A DNA stretch of 46,116 nt, taken from contig JBBTTU010000017.1 of the NCBI GenBank assembly GCA_038064075.1, positions 1-46,116 of the forward strand, given 5' to 3'. The DNA is from Patescibacteria group bacterium (lineage in GTDB: Bacteria; Patescibacteriota; Minisyncoccia; HO2-45-28). This document shows, piece after piece, positions 8,107 to 18,107 of the stretch (positions are counted from its first letter, which is position 1; the number at the start of each line of letters is the position of its first letter). Position numbers and translations under genes: made by a program. The notes below the pieces were generated by a model. That model was not told the DNA's origin. It made no database searches and worked only from the letters and a program-made list of their open reading frames with translations.

Positions 8107-9891
8107 TTAGCCCGGCCTAATCATTTTAATGAACACTTCTTGAGGGATATTGAGCCGGCCCATTTTTTTCAGGCGTTTTTTTCCTTTTTTCTGTTTCTGC
8201 CAAAGCTTCATTTTGCGCGTCCTGTCGCCGCCGTAAAGATAGCCGGTTACGTCTTTGCGCAAAGCCGGCAAAGTTCTGGAGGCCAGTATCCGGCCGCTGG
8301 CGCTCGCCTGTATTTTTAGGGCAAACTGCTCGCGCGGCAAAATGTCATAAAGTTTTTCAACTATCTTCCGGGCTTCCGCGCCGGAGGAACTGCCGGGCAC
8401 GATGCGGCTGAAAGCCGCAACCGCTTCGCCGTGAAGCAAAATATCAAGACGGACCAGACTCGCCGGCCGCCAACCGGCAAAATTGTAGGAAAAAGAAGCA
8501 AAACCGGATGTCGCGCTTTTTATTTCGTCAAAAAAATCGCGCATCAATTCCCGGAGAGGCATTTCGGCTTTCAGCAAATTTCTTTCGGCGCCGAAATTTT
8601 CAGCGGACAAAATCCGTCCGGAATGTTTTTGCAAGATTTTAAAAATCTGGCTGAGTTCTTTTTGAGGCGAAATGATGTCAAGATTCACCCATTGCTCTTT
8701 TATCTCGGCGATTTCACCGTCTTCGGGAAATTCAGCCGGAACATAAACGGTTTTTTCGCTTTTATTTTTTAAAACAACCTGAAAGGCGACTGTCGGACTG
8801 GCCGCGATTGTTTTGACGCCGAATTCCCTACGCAGACGCTCAAGGCCGATTTCCAGATGGAGCATGCCCAAAAAACCGAGTCTCATACCCCGTCCCAATA
8901 CCGGCGACGATTCTTCTTCATAAGAAAAAGAAGTGTCGTTTAAGCGCAGGCGCAAAACCGCTTTTTTAAAATCGTCGTAATCTTCTTCACTTAAAGGATA
9001 AGCGCTGGTCCAAACCGCCGGCTGCGCCTCGTGGTATCCGGTCAAAGCCGACGCCGGCTTGCCGGATAAAGTAACGGTGTCGCCGACTTTAACCGCCTCC
9101 GGGTTTTTGAGATTGGTGGCAATATAGCCGATCTCGCCATCTTTGAGCGCGCGCGCCGGCGCGCGCTCGGGCCGAAAAATGCCGACTTCCTGATTTACAA
9201 ATTTTTCTTTGGCGACCAACAATAAAAGTTCGTCGCCTTTTTTTATTTCTCCGGAAAAAACGCGGACATAAGCGATGACGCCCTGATGAGGCGAGTATTC
9301 GGAATCAAAAATCAGAGCTCCAAGCCGGTCTGACCCGGCCGGCTTGGGCGACGGAACCAGCCTGACAACGGCCTCCAGAAGTTTTTCAACGCCTTGTCCG
9401 GTTTTCCCTGAAATTTCAAAAATTTCCCGGCCGGCTAAATTTAAAATTTTGCGGATCTGTTCTTTAGTCTCCCCGATTCTGGCGGTCGGCAAATCAATTT
9501 TATTGACGGCCGGAATTATGACCAGATTTAAATTTTTGGCCATATCCAGGACCGAAATGGTTTGAGCTTCAATCCCCTGCGAGGCGTCAACCAATAAAAT
9601 CGCGCCCTCAACTGCGGCCAGCGCGCGCGAAACCTCATAAGCAAAATCAACGTGTCCGGGAGTGTCAATCAAATTCAAAATAAAGGGTTTAGCGTTTAGA
9701 GTATAGGCCATGCGGACCGGCTGCATCTTTATTGTTATCCCCCGCTCCCGCTCCAGTTCCATTGAGTCCAGGAACTGGGCGTGCATTTTCCGTTTCGGGA
9801 CGGTTCCGGTCAATTCCAAAAAACGATCGGCAAGCGTGGACTTGCCGTGGTCAATGTGCGAAATAATCACAAAATTCCTGATATTATCCAT
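8107..9891 (-). CDS. lepA: Elongation factor 4
   Basis: IRNFVIISHIDHGKSTLADR, LERERGITIK, DTPGHVDF, GFLGMLH, RKDVTGYLYGGDRTRKMKL. Confidence 0.98.
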   Translation of the reverse strand: MDNIRNFVIISHIDHGKSTLADRFLELTGTVPKRKMHAQFLDSMELERERGITIKMQPVRMAYTLNAKPFILNLIDTPGHVDFAYEVSRALAAVEGAILLVDASQGIEAQTISVLDMAKNLNLVIIPAVNKIDLPTARIGETKEQIRKILNLAGREIFEISGKTGQGVEKLLEAVVRLVPSPKPAGSDRLGALIFDSEYSPHQGVIAYVRVFSGEIKKGDELLLLVAKEKFVNQEVGIFRPERAPARALKDGEIGYIATNLKNPEAVKVGDTVTLSGKPASALTGYHEAQPAVWTSAYPLSEEDYDDFKKAVLRLRLNDTSFSYEEESSPVLGRGMRLGFLGMLHLEIGLERLRREFGVKTIAASPTVAFQVVLKNKSEKTVYVPAEFPEDGEIAEIKEQWVNLDIISPQKELSQIFKILQKHSGRILSAENFGAERNLLKAEMPLRELMRDFFDEIKSATSGFASFSYNFAGWRPASLVRLDILLHGEAVAAFSRIVPGSSSGAEARKIVEKLYDILPREQFALKIQASASGRILASRTLPALRKDVTGYLYGGDRTRKMKLWQKQKKGKKRLKKMGRLNIPQEVFIKMIRPG

Positions 9892-9903
9892 ATCTCATTA
9901 TTT

Positions 9904-10260
9904 ACCAGTATTACAAAATTCATTTTTGTTGACTTGCGGAAAGACTTTAAAAATTAAGGAGTTTTGCGAGGAAAAATAGCGGTCGGAAAACCCAGTCCCG
10001 CAGGTGTTTGCTTGTTCAAACCGGCAGTTCGCTTCTCCAGCGGAAGCGACTGCCTGCGTTCTCGGCGAAAAATCAGCCTCAGCCTTACTAGACATAAGAA
10101 AGAGGCTGAACCCAGCTTTTTCGCCTCCGAAAGCTTTTCACAACCAAACACCTTCGGGACTGGGGCAAACGGGGTACCGCGTTATTTTTCCGATGCAAAA
10201 CGACTATAATTTTCAAGACTTGGAGCGTTGTCATAAGAAAATGAATTTTGTAATACTGGT
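9904..10260. mobile_element. 357-bp non-coding fold-back (MITE-like) element
   Basis: Perfect 23-bp TIR ACCAGTATTACAAAATTCATTTT, imperfect pairing continuing over ~110 bp per arm, TTATTT direct repeats on both flanks. Confidence 0.8.
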
Positions 10261-10425
10261 TTATTTATTTTCCTGAATATACCGTTTTTTAAGATCGGCG
10301 AAATAACGTTCTATTTCGCGCTCATTGTTATTGTAATAATTTAAAAAATAAAGCGTTAAAAACGCCAGAATAACAAGCAGCGCAAAAAGTCCGATGAGCT
10401 TTAAAGATGTTTTATTAACAATCAT
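10261..10425 (-). CDS. Small single-TM hypothetical protein
   Basis: ATG start MIVNKTSLKLIGLFALLVILAFLTLYFL followed by a charged tail. Confidence 0.6.
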   Translation of the reverse strand: MIVNKTSLKLIGLFALLVILAFLTLYFLNYYNNNEREIERYFADLKKRYIQENK

Positions 10426-10445
10426 ATTAAAATATGATATAACTT

Positions 10446-11303
10446 TCACTTTGCATCTGCAAAATATTTTTCGCGATAATCTTTAAAAACCGAACAAATC
10501 TCGTTTATTTTCAAATTATTTTCAAACCGGGCGTTATCAATTTGAGAAACCGGCACCACACCGGTAGTTGAAGTTAAAATCGCGCCGATAATCTCTTTTT
10601 TGGCAATGGAATCGTAAGCAATCGGCGCTTGAACAACGCGCGGACAAAGATTATTTTTTGCAATCAGCTCGCATATTATTTTCATAGTGATGCCTTCAAG
10701 AATTTTATCCGGCGGCGGAACACAAAAAGAGCCGTCGGTCCGAAAAAAACCGATATTGGAACGAGTGGCTTCCAAAATATATTTATTGTCTTCCGTAAAA
10801 AGCACGTCGTCAAAACCGCTTTGGCCGGCCCGGCCGCAGGCGATCTCGGCAAAAAGATAGTCCGGAGATTTAATTTCAGGCAGAGGCCGCAGAAAATTCC
10901 GGGTTGCGAGCTTAACCGGTCCGGTCTTGCGCTTTAATCGGTAAACTTGAGCATAAAGCGAGGGAGCCGCGCCTGCGGCCGGATTGAATCCATCATCAGT
11001 TTGGCCGCGCGAAATATCAATTCTGACGAGCGATTCTTCAAAGCCGCATTTTTCAACGAGAATGCCGAGATTTTCGGACAGAGAACCGAATCCTTCAATC
11101 TGATCAAACGGAATGGCGGCTAAAGTAGCCGATTTTTTTAGACGCTGCAGATGGTCTTCAAGATGAAAAAAAACTTTTCCGCGGGCCTCAACCATGGTGC
11201 AGACCGCCCAATTGCGCAGCCGGCCAAGGTCGCTCGCCGGAGGCGCGGTTTCGCTAAGCGGACCAATATGATTGTCTGCAAGACCAAATTTACCTAATGC
11301 CAT
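10446..11303 (-). CDS. PLP-dependent class IV aminotransferase (IlvE/Dat/PabC family)
   Basis: HLQRLKKSA, catalytic Lys in EIKSPDY, LEATRSNIGF, ILEGIT, LTSTTGVVPVSQID. Confidence 0.85.
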   Translation of the reverse strand: MALGKFGLADNHIGPLSETAPPASDLGRLRNWAVCTMVEARGKVFFHLEDHLQRLKKSATLAAIPFDQIEGFGSLSENLGILVEKCGFEESLVRIDISRGQTDDGFNPAAGAAPSLYAQVYRLKRKTGPVKLATRNFLRPLPEIKSPDYLFAEIACGRAGQSGFDDVLFTEDNKYILEATRSNIGFFRTDGSFCVPPPDKILEGITMKIICELIAKNNLCPRVVQAPIAYDSIAKKEIIGAILTSTTGVVPVSQIDNARFENNLKINEICSVFKDYREKYFADAK

Positions 11304-11343
11304 AATTTATTTAAGCTTCGTTTTTTATACATAATGCCCATAA

Positions 11344-12279
11344 TTATTTTTTGGCCGGGCGAACGCTCCAGCTGACTAAAAACGGGCTGGCCAGACAAAT
11401 TGATGAATAAGTTCCGGCAACAAGGCCGACCAAAAGAGTTAAAGCAAAGAAACGCGTAGAATCGCCGCCAAACCAAAAAAGAAATCCCAATACTAAAAAA
11501 ATGGCAAATGAAGTGGCCAGCGACCGGCCGTAAGTTTCATTTAAACTCCGGCCGACTATGGTTTCAAAATCCGCGTCCCATCCGGATTTGCGCAAATTCT
11601 CGCGAATCCGGTCAAAAACCACAATTGTGTCATGAACCGAAAAACCAAGAATTGTTAAACAAGCGGTAATAAAAAGACTGTCCGTTTCGACTCCTCCAAA
11701 TCTGCCCAAGAGCGAGAAAAGGCCGACCGGCACGATGACGTCGTGGATTAAAGCCAGAACAGCCGCCAAGGCATATTTCCAACCGGAAACTTTTTGCGCG
11801 CCGGCTCCGCCAAACCCGGCCGAAACGGAAACATTGCGGAAAGACCACGTAACAAAAATCAAAATAAGAAAAAGAACCATGCCAACGGCAATAAAAGCTT
11901 TGCGTTTAAGTTCCAAGCCGATTGTCGGACCGATTGAATCAAATCTTTTTTCCTGCAAAGCCTCGCCGGGGACCGCCGCGTCTCCGGCAAGAGTTTTCAA
12001 AATCAAACGATGTTCATCTTCTGAAATACTGCGAAGGCGTATTATCAAACCTTTCTCGCTCGACGGCTGCAGACGCGCCTCCGGAAATCCCAAAGCCGCG
12101 AGATTATTTTTAATTTGCCCGGTGTCCGCCAGCGCGTTCGTAAATTCAACTTCCATGATTGTTCCGCCGGTAAAATCAATTCCCGGTTTCAAACCAAAAA
12201 TGAAAAGAAAAGTCGCGGAGGCCGCAACAACCAGTCCTGAAAAAATATAAAATAATTTTCTATATTTGATAATTGCCAT
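11344..12279 (-). CDS. secF: Protein translocase subunit SecF
   Basis: GIDFTGGT, IGPTIGLEL, ALIHDV, GFSVHDTIVVFDRIREN, GTYSSI. Confidence 0.97.
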   Translation of the reverse strand: MAIIKYRKLFYIFSGLVVAASATFLFIFGLKPGIDFTGGTIMEVEFTNALADTGQIKNNLAALGFPEARLQPSSEKGLIIRLRSISEDEHRLILKTLAGDAAVPGEALQEKRFDSIGPTIGLELKRKAFIAVGMVLFLILIFVTWSFRNVSVSAGFGGAGAQKVSGWKYALAAVLALIHDVIVPVGLFSLLGRFGGVETDSLFITACLTILGFSVHDTIVVFDRIRENLRKSGWDADFETIVGRSLNETYGRSLATSFAIFLVLGFLFWFGGDSTRFFALTLLVGLVAGTYSSICLASPFLVSWSVRPAKK

Positions 12280-13592
12280 TAAATGCCGTAAATTAACCGG
12301 TTAAAGGCGATGCGACGGACGCCCAAGGCTTTTAAAAATATTTTTGAAACAACCAAAGCTGAAAAAATGCTGGCTAAAACTCCGATAGCCAAAGTCAAGG
12401 CAAAACCACGGATAACGCTTGTGCCGAACCAATAAAGAATAACCGAGGTAATGAAAGTTGAGCTGTTTGAATCGCGGATGGAAGGCCAGGCTCTTCGGAA
12501 ACCTTCGGCTAGAGCAACATCAATGCTTTTGCCCTGCCCGGCCTCTTCGCGCATCCGTTCAAAAATCAAAATATTGGCGTCAACCGCCATCCCAACCGAT
12601 AAGATAAAACCGGCGATGCCGGCCGCAGTCAAAGTTACCGGCAAAAGTTTAAAAATGGCGAGTACCAAAACAATATAAAAAGAAAGGCTTAAAACGGCCG
12701 TAAATCCGGCAAGCCGGTAACGAAGAACTAAAAACAAGATTACGGCCAAAATGCCGTAGAGCCCGGCCGCCAAACCCTCGCTAAATGATTTTTCGCCGAG
12801 AGACGCGCCGATGTTTTGCTGTGAGACCAGCCGAATCGGCACCGGCAGGGCGCCGGAGTTAAGATTGCGGACCAAAGTCCTGGCCTCGGCCGGACTGAAA
12901 TTGCCGCTGATCTGGGCCCGGCCGCTTTTAATTTCTTCCCGCACCACCGGCGCGCTTATCGCCAGGCCGTCAAGATAAATGGCAATTCGTTTACCGATAT
13001 TTTCACGGGTTATAGCGCTGAAAATATTCTCGCCTTCTTCATTAAATTCTAAAATAACCGTCGGCTGGCCGGTTGAAGAATCAAAATCCAAAACGGCCTT
13101 GCTTAAAAATCGTCCGGTAAGCGGCGTGGAAACAAAATAAGGATCTTCAGAAAGCCTTTTTTCCGATTTCTGGGCCTCTAAAATGGCTTTTTGTTCGGCT
13201 TCCGGCCTTTCGGTTTTAAATTCAAGATAAGGGGTCTGGCCTATAAAATCCATGGCTTTTTGAGTGTCAAAAATTCCGGCAAGTTCAACAACCAAACGCT
13301 CGCTGTTTCCGGACTGCTGAACCTGAACCACCGGTTCGGTTACGCCAAAAATATTGATGCGCCGCTCAATCAAATCGCGCAGTCCTGCCATTGATTCTGA
13401 AATTTTATCCTTTTCCAGCCCGGAAACATCGGCTTCATAAACCAAGTGCGTCCCGCCTTGAAGATCCAAACCGAGGCGGTAGCCGATGTTGCCCAAAAAA
13501 CCGTCGGGATTAAAGAAACTCGCGCCGGAAAAATAAGCCAATCCCAGACCGGTTAAAAAAATAAATAAGGCAGTTAAACGAATTCGGGTCAT
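12279..13592 (-). CDS. secD: Protein translocase subunit SecD
   Basis: LGLDLQGG, GVTEP, SGALPVP, GMAVDANILIFERMREE, IRGFALTL. Confidence 0.97.
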   Translation of the reverse strand: MTRIRLTALFIFLTGLGLAYFSGASFFNPDGFLGNIGYRLGLDLQGGTHLVYEADVSGLEKDKISESMAGLRDLIERRINIFGVTEPVVQVQQSGNSERLVVELAGIFDTQKAMDFIGQTPYLEFKTERPEAEQKAILEAQKSEKRLSEDPYFVSTPLTGRFLSKAVLDFDSSTGQPTVILEFNEEGENIFSAITRENIGKRIAIYLDGLAISAPVVREEIKSGRAQISGNFSPAEARTLVRNLNSGALPVPIRLVSQQNIGASLGEKSFSEGLAAGLYGILAVILFLVLRYRLAGFTAVLSLSFYIVLVLAIFKLLPVTLTAAGIAGFILSVGMAVDANILIFERMREEAGQGKSIDVALAEGFRRAWPSIRDSNSSTFITSVILYWFGTSVIRGFALTLAIGVLASIFSALVVSKIFLKALGVRRIAFNRLIYGI

Positions 13593-13640
13593 TTAGCGAT
13601 TATAAAATCAGCTGACCGAAAAGTCCACTAACGGGACAAT

Positions 13641-14414
13641 TTATAAAAGAAGACTGGCGGCTCCCAGCGCCGGCCCGGCATCGCCCAATTTTGATTTGAC
13701 TATCGCAATTTGCCGGCCGGCGGGCGATATAACGAATTTCCGCGCCGCTTGCGCCGCTTTGACAATATTAACCGCGCCGCTGATCACTCCTCCCCCGCCC
13801 AAAACAACCATATCCGGATCAAAACTATTGATGATATTCGCTATGCCTATTCCGATAATTTCGCTCCGGTCGCCGTATTTTAAAAACGCTTTCTTGCCGG
13901 CCAAATTTTCAAAAGTGATTACCGGCGCGGCCGAAATAATTGAGTGGCCAAACTCGCCGGCGCCGTTGCGGCTGCCGCAATAAATCTTCCCGCCGATCAT
14001 TATTCCTCCGCCGATGCCGGTGCCGACAGTCATTGCAACGGCGTTCTCGCAGCCCTTAGCCGCGCCCCACAAAACTTCGGCTCTCAAAAAACAGCGGCTG
14101 TCATTGTCAACTTCAACCGGCTTTCGGAATCTTTTAAAAAATTTCTTGACTTCCCAACCGTTTAAAAAAGGAATATTGGGAGCTTTAATCAAAATTTTCC
14201 GTTCAATATCAACAATTCCCGGAACTCCAACGCCTATTCCGGAAATTTTTCTCCCGTTTATGAAAAAATTTATGAATTGCTCCAGCTCAAAGAAGAATCT
14301 TTTCCTGTTTTGAGGAGTGCTGGTTGCCGCAAAATCGGTTTTTTGGTGACTGTCACTTTCAAACAAAACCGCTTTTATTTTGGACGCTCCGATATCAACT
14401 CCTAAATAATTCAT
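13641..14414 (-). CDS. ROK family sugar kinase
   Basis: GVDIGASK, GVGVPG, DNDS, GTGIGGG, GAGEFGH, VLGGG, LGAA. Confidence 0.92.
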   Translation of the reverse strand: MNYLGVDIGASKIKAVLFESDSHQKTDFAATSTPQNRKRFFFELEQFINFFINGRKISGIGVGVPGIVDIERKILIKAPNIPFLNGWEVKKFFKRFRKPVEVDNDSRCFLRAEVLWGAAKGCENAVAMTVGTGIGGGIMIGGKIYCGSRNGAGEFGHSIISAAPVITFENLAGKKAFLKYGDRSEIIGIGIANIINSFDPDMVVLGGGGVISGAVNIVKAAQAARKFVISPAGRQIAIVKSKLGDAGPALGAASLLL

Positions 14415-14433
14415 AATTTATATATTTTACCAA

Positions 14434-16260
14434 TTATTGATTGCTGAATAAATTTTTGGCTTCATTCCAGAACTCGGGATGATTTTGCTTCTCTTTAAGC
14501 CAATACCACCATTCCGCTCCCCAAAAATATACTTCGGGAAAACCGACTTTTTGAGCGTAGACCAAATTTTCCTTAAACTGCTCAAAATCCAGAAAACGAA
14601 ACTGTTCTTCCAAAGAAGACTCGTAAAGCTGTCGGGGACCCCACGGTTCGGCTTGAAACTCAACAACTATGATTTTTTTAATTTTGACCAGAAAATTGAC
14701 CGCATTGGCTTTCAAATGGAAAAAAGCCGGCGGCAAAGGATATTTCAAATAGCCGCCCAGCGGTATCCTTTTGTCCCAAACCGTCCGGTAGATGGTTGTT
14801 CCCAGAATATCCGATTTTTTTGCCGCCGAAACCCAAAAGCTCAATTCTCCGCTGTCGGTGACGATGACCGGACGGCTGTCCAAAGAACGGACCAGACTTA
14901 TTTCTTGATCTAAAAGATCTTCATCCAGTTCCGGACACTGGCCAAATTTTAAAAAGGGCTCATTTTCCACCTGCCAAGCCCAAATCGCGGGACTGGCGCC
15001 GACGCGGGTCACTGTTTTTTCAATGTAGTCCAGCAAAAAAATTTTAAATTCGTCTTTTGGCCGCTCGGCCAGCCAAAAAGGAATATGGCATTCCGGCCAG
15101 CGCGGCAATTTAAAACCTATTGCCGCGATTATTTTGGCTCCTCTTTTTTCAGCCTCGTTAATCTGCCAATCAATATTTTCAAAATAATATTTGCCGGGCT
15201 GTTTTTCAATTTCATCCCAATATAAAGGCAGTCTTAAATTGCGCGATTTTAAATCGTCTAAAACGGCAAGATAAGCTTCCTTTGGATTTAAACCCAGTTT
15301 TTCAGCCCAAGAATAACTGAAAGTCGCGCCGTAACTTTTGACGCCGGGAAAAAGACTTTTATCCTGATCCAAATAAAGAATAAAGAGTCCCAAAAAAACG
15401 CAGAAAATCGCGGCTATTTTTTTGAAAACCGTTCTGCCGGAATCGCCGCCCAGAATTTGCGGCAATCTCCAGGACAATAAACCGGAAAAAATAAGCAGAA
15501 AAACGTACTGCAGGCCGATAAGCGCCTGCGCCAGACTGACGTTTCCCAAAAAAATGGCGTAATTTAGCAAAAGAAAAGAAGAAGCGGCAAGAATCTTATT
15601 TGTCAGAAAAAGGCCGATGCTTTTGGCTTCTATTTGTTTTAAATGATTGAAAAGATCATTTCTCACCGAAGCCAAGCTTATTAAAAATAAAGCGGCTAAA
15701 AATTCGCCGAGGCGGCCGAGAATATAAGCGTTGATAAAACCGGTTTTTAAAAAAGATAATTTTATCAAAATAAAAGAAACGGCAAACAGCAAAGCAGCCG
15801 ACAAGCTGAAAAACATGACTTTGAAAAAATGATTTAAATTTGACCGGCTGAAAGAAAGCAAAAAAACTCCCAAAACCAAAAAGAAAAAAGCGGCCAGGCT
15901 CAATGAAGTTAATTTTTCAACTGAAAACAAATTGCTCAAACCCAAAATAAATACGGCCGTGATCGCTCCAACTAAAGGAGCGACTCTGGAAACATCCCCC
16001 AACTGTTCGGCGCGGTAAAACAAAATCAAAGCCATTATAAAAATAAATCCGCTTGAAAGGCTCAAAATTAAAACCGGCCAGCTGATCAAAGACCAAGAAA
16101 ACCCGAAAGGCGCCAGAAACAAACCGTAAATGCTCAAAAGCCCGGCGTAAAAGGCAAATAAAACCGGCTTGGTGATGGCGCGGCTTAAAATAATTTTGTC
16201 TAAAATAAAAACAAAGGCGGTTAGAAAATAAGCTAAAACGGCAAAAAATATCCAGGACAT
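14434..16260 (-). CDS. Fusion of an EamA/DMT-family transporter with a clan GH-A glycoside hydrolase TIM barrel
   Basis: About 300 aa with ~10 TM helices, then LRLPLYWDEIE, GFKLPRWPECH, WQVENEP (acid/base), EFQAEPW (nucleophile), FWGAEWW. Confidence 0.8.
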   Translation of the reverse strand: MSWIFFAVLAYFLTAFVFILDKIILSRAITKPVLFAFYAGLLSIYGLFLAPFGFSWSLISWPVLILSLSSGFIFIMALILFYRAEQLGDVSRVAPLVGAITAVFILGLSNLFSVEKLTSLSLAAFFFLVLGVFLLSFSRSNLNHFFKVMFFSLSAALLFAVSFILIKLSFLKTGFINAYILGRLGEFLAALFLISLASVRNDLFNHLKQIEAKSIGLFLTNKILAASSFLLLNYAIFLGNVSLAQALIGLQYVFLLIFSGLLSWRLPQILGGDSGRTVFKKIAAIFCVFLGLFILYLDQDKSLFPGVKSYGATFSYSWAEKLGLNPKEAYLAVLDDLKSRNLRLPLYWDEIEKQPGKYYFENIDWQINEAEKRGAKIIAAIGFKLPRWPECHIPFWLAERPKDEFKIFLLDYIEKTVTRVGASPAIWAWQVENEPFLKFGQCPELDEDLLDQEISLVRSLDSRPVIVTDSGELSFWVSAAKKSDILGTTIYRTVWDKRIPLGGYLKYPLPPAFFHLKANAVNFLVKIKKIIVVEFQAEPWGPRQLYESSLEEQFRFLDFEQFKENLVYAQKVGFPEVYFWGAEWWYWLKEKQNHPEFWNEAKNLFSNQ

Positions 16261-16298
16261 AAAAACCAATTATTTTATAACCAATTTATAAAAACCGG

Positions 16299-18089
16299 CT
16301 AAACCCGTTTGCGGCCGGGCCTGAACTGAAAATCGTACAATTTTTTATAGACTCCGTTTTCAATTCTGATGAGATCGTCATGCTTCCCTTCCTCAATTAT
16401 CCGTCCCTTGTCAAATACCAGAATTTTGTCGGCTTCGCGCACGGTGCTTAAGCGGTGAGCAATGATAAAAGCGGTGCGGCCTTCCATCAGCTCTCTTAAA
16501 GATTCCTGGATTAAATGCTCGGATTTGGCGTCAAGGGCCGAAGTCGGCTCGTCTAAAATCAAAATCCTGGGGTCGCGCAGGATTGCCCGGGCAATGGCGA
16601 TTCTCTGTTTCTGCCCCACCGACAGTTTGATTCCGCGCCAGCCAACCGTCTGCTTGTATTTTTTGGGAAAAGATTTTTCAATAAATTCGGCGGCATGAGC
16701 CAGCTCGGCCGCTTTTTTTACTTCTTCTTCCGATTTTTCAAAACTGCCGTAGCGGATGTTGTTAAAAACAGTATCGTTAAAAAGAGTCACCTCTTGAGGA
16801 ACAACTCCTATAAATCCGCGGTAAGCCCTCAAATCCAAATTGCGGATATTATGGCCGTCAATTAAAATTTGCCCTTTTGTCGGAAAATAAAAAGCCATCA
16901 GCAAATCAATAATCGTGGTTTTCCCCACTCCCGATTCGCCGACCAAAGCGATTTTTTCTCCGGCCCGGGCCGAAAACGACACATTTTTCAAAACTTCGCG
17001 CCGGCCGCCCTTGTATCCGAAAGAAACATTTTTAAAAACAATATCGCCTTTGATCGCGCTTAAAATAACCGCGTTTTCAGGAGTATAAATTTCGGGAGGA
17101 GAACTGAAAATTTTTTCAGCTTCGGTGATGGCTACCGCGCCGTTGTGAATGCTCTGCCACTGCATTCCCAGCTGGACAAAAGGCGAAAATAGCATGGCGG
17201 CGTAAGCGTTTAAAGTTACGAGCTGGCCGGGGCTGAGAAAACCGCGGCTAATTAAACTGATGGAGTAGACAAAAATAATAAACTGGGTAGCCGTAATCAA
17301 AACTCTCTGGGAAAAATTGAGTCTGGACCAGATCTTATGAATAGCAATCCAGCTTTTTACCGCGCCTAAAACGAATTTTTTAAAAATTCGTTTTGATTCA
17401 TAGCGCTCGGCGGCGGATTGCTTGACCTCCTTAATGTTGGACATGATATCTCCGGCATCGCCGTAAGCGATGCTGTAATCACGGATCATTTTTTTCTGAA
17501 GAGGAGCCAGTTTCGGGCTTAAAGAACTCAAAAAAACAAGGTAAACGGCGACTGCCGCCATCATAATCAAAGCAATGCCGAAATGAATAAAAAACGAGAG
17601 CGTTAAAGCGGCGACAATGCTTAAAAAAGCCGGAGCAAGACCGATGAAAACCCGGGTCATAACATCGGTAAATTCAGTGACTCTGTGGATGCGCTGATGA
17701 ACCTCTCCGCTTTTGGCTTTTTTGTGGAATTCCAACGGTTTTTCAATCAGGCGCGAAAAAGTTTTATAGACATATTCCGATTCTATTTCGGCGGCGAGTA
17801 TCCCCTGCCTGTAATCAATCCGCCACGAAAGAGCATCTGATAAAATTTTTAAAATGAACCAGACCGCAAGCGGTAAAAAAATCAAAGCCAGCTCGCCACC
17901 ATCGTAAATTGCAATCAGGCCGTCAAAAAATCTTCCGGCAAAAAAAGGAATCAAGGCGTCCGAGGCGGCGACGACCAAAGAAAAAAACGCAACAACAAAA
18001 AGAACCTTTTTGTGCGGCGAAAAAATGCTTTTGATTATAGGCGCCAGTTTCCTAAAAATAGGCGGAGCGTTTTTTTTATTTTTTTCCAT
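16299..18089 (-). CDS. ABC exporter with fused permease and ATPase (MsbA/MdlB-like)
   Basis: N-terminal TM domain, GESGVGKT, LSVGQKQR, ILILDEPTSALD, IAHRLST. Confidence 0.95.
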   Translation of the reverse strand: MEKNKKNAPPIFRKLAPIIKSIFSPHKKVLFVVAFFSLVVAASDALIPFFAGRFFDGLIAIYDGGELALIFLPLAVWFILKILSDALSWRIDYRQGILAAEIESEYVYKTFSRLIEKPLEFHKKAKSGEVHQRIHRVTEFTDVMTRVFIGLAPAFLSIVAALTLSFFIHFGIALIMMAAVAVYLVFLSSLSPKLAPLQKKMIRDYSIAYGDAGDIMSNIKEVKQSAAERYESKRIFKKFVLGAVKSWIAIHKIWSRLNFSQRVLITATQFIIFVYSISLISRGFLSPGQLVTLNAYAAMLFSPFVQLGMQWQSIHNGAVAITEAEKIFSSPPEIYTPENAVILSAIKGDIVFKNVSFGYKGGRREVLKNVSFSARAGEKIALVGESGVGKTTIIDLLMAFYFPTKGQILIDGHNIRNLDLRAYRGFIGVVPQEVTLFNDTVFNNIRYGSFEKSEEEVKKAAELAHAAEFIEKSFPKKYKQTVGWRGIKLSVGQKQRIAIARAILRDPRILILDEPTSALDAKSEHLIQESLRELMEGRTAFIIAHRLSTVREADKILVFDKGRIIEEGKHDDLIRIENGVYKKLYDFQFRPGRKRV

Positions 18090-18107
18090 TTTATTAAATA
18101 AGAAGGG

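Noticed and set aside
9898-10276. Four overlapping short ORFs
   Set aside because: They lie within the fold-back element, have no recognisable motifs and use non-ATG starts; no transposase.
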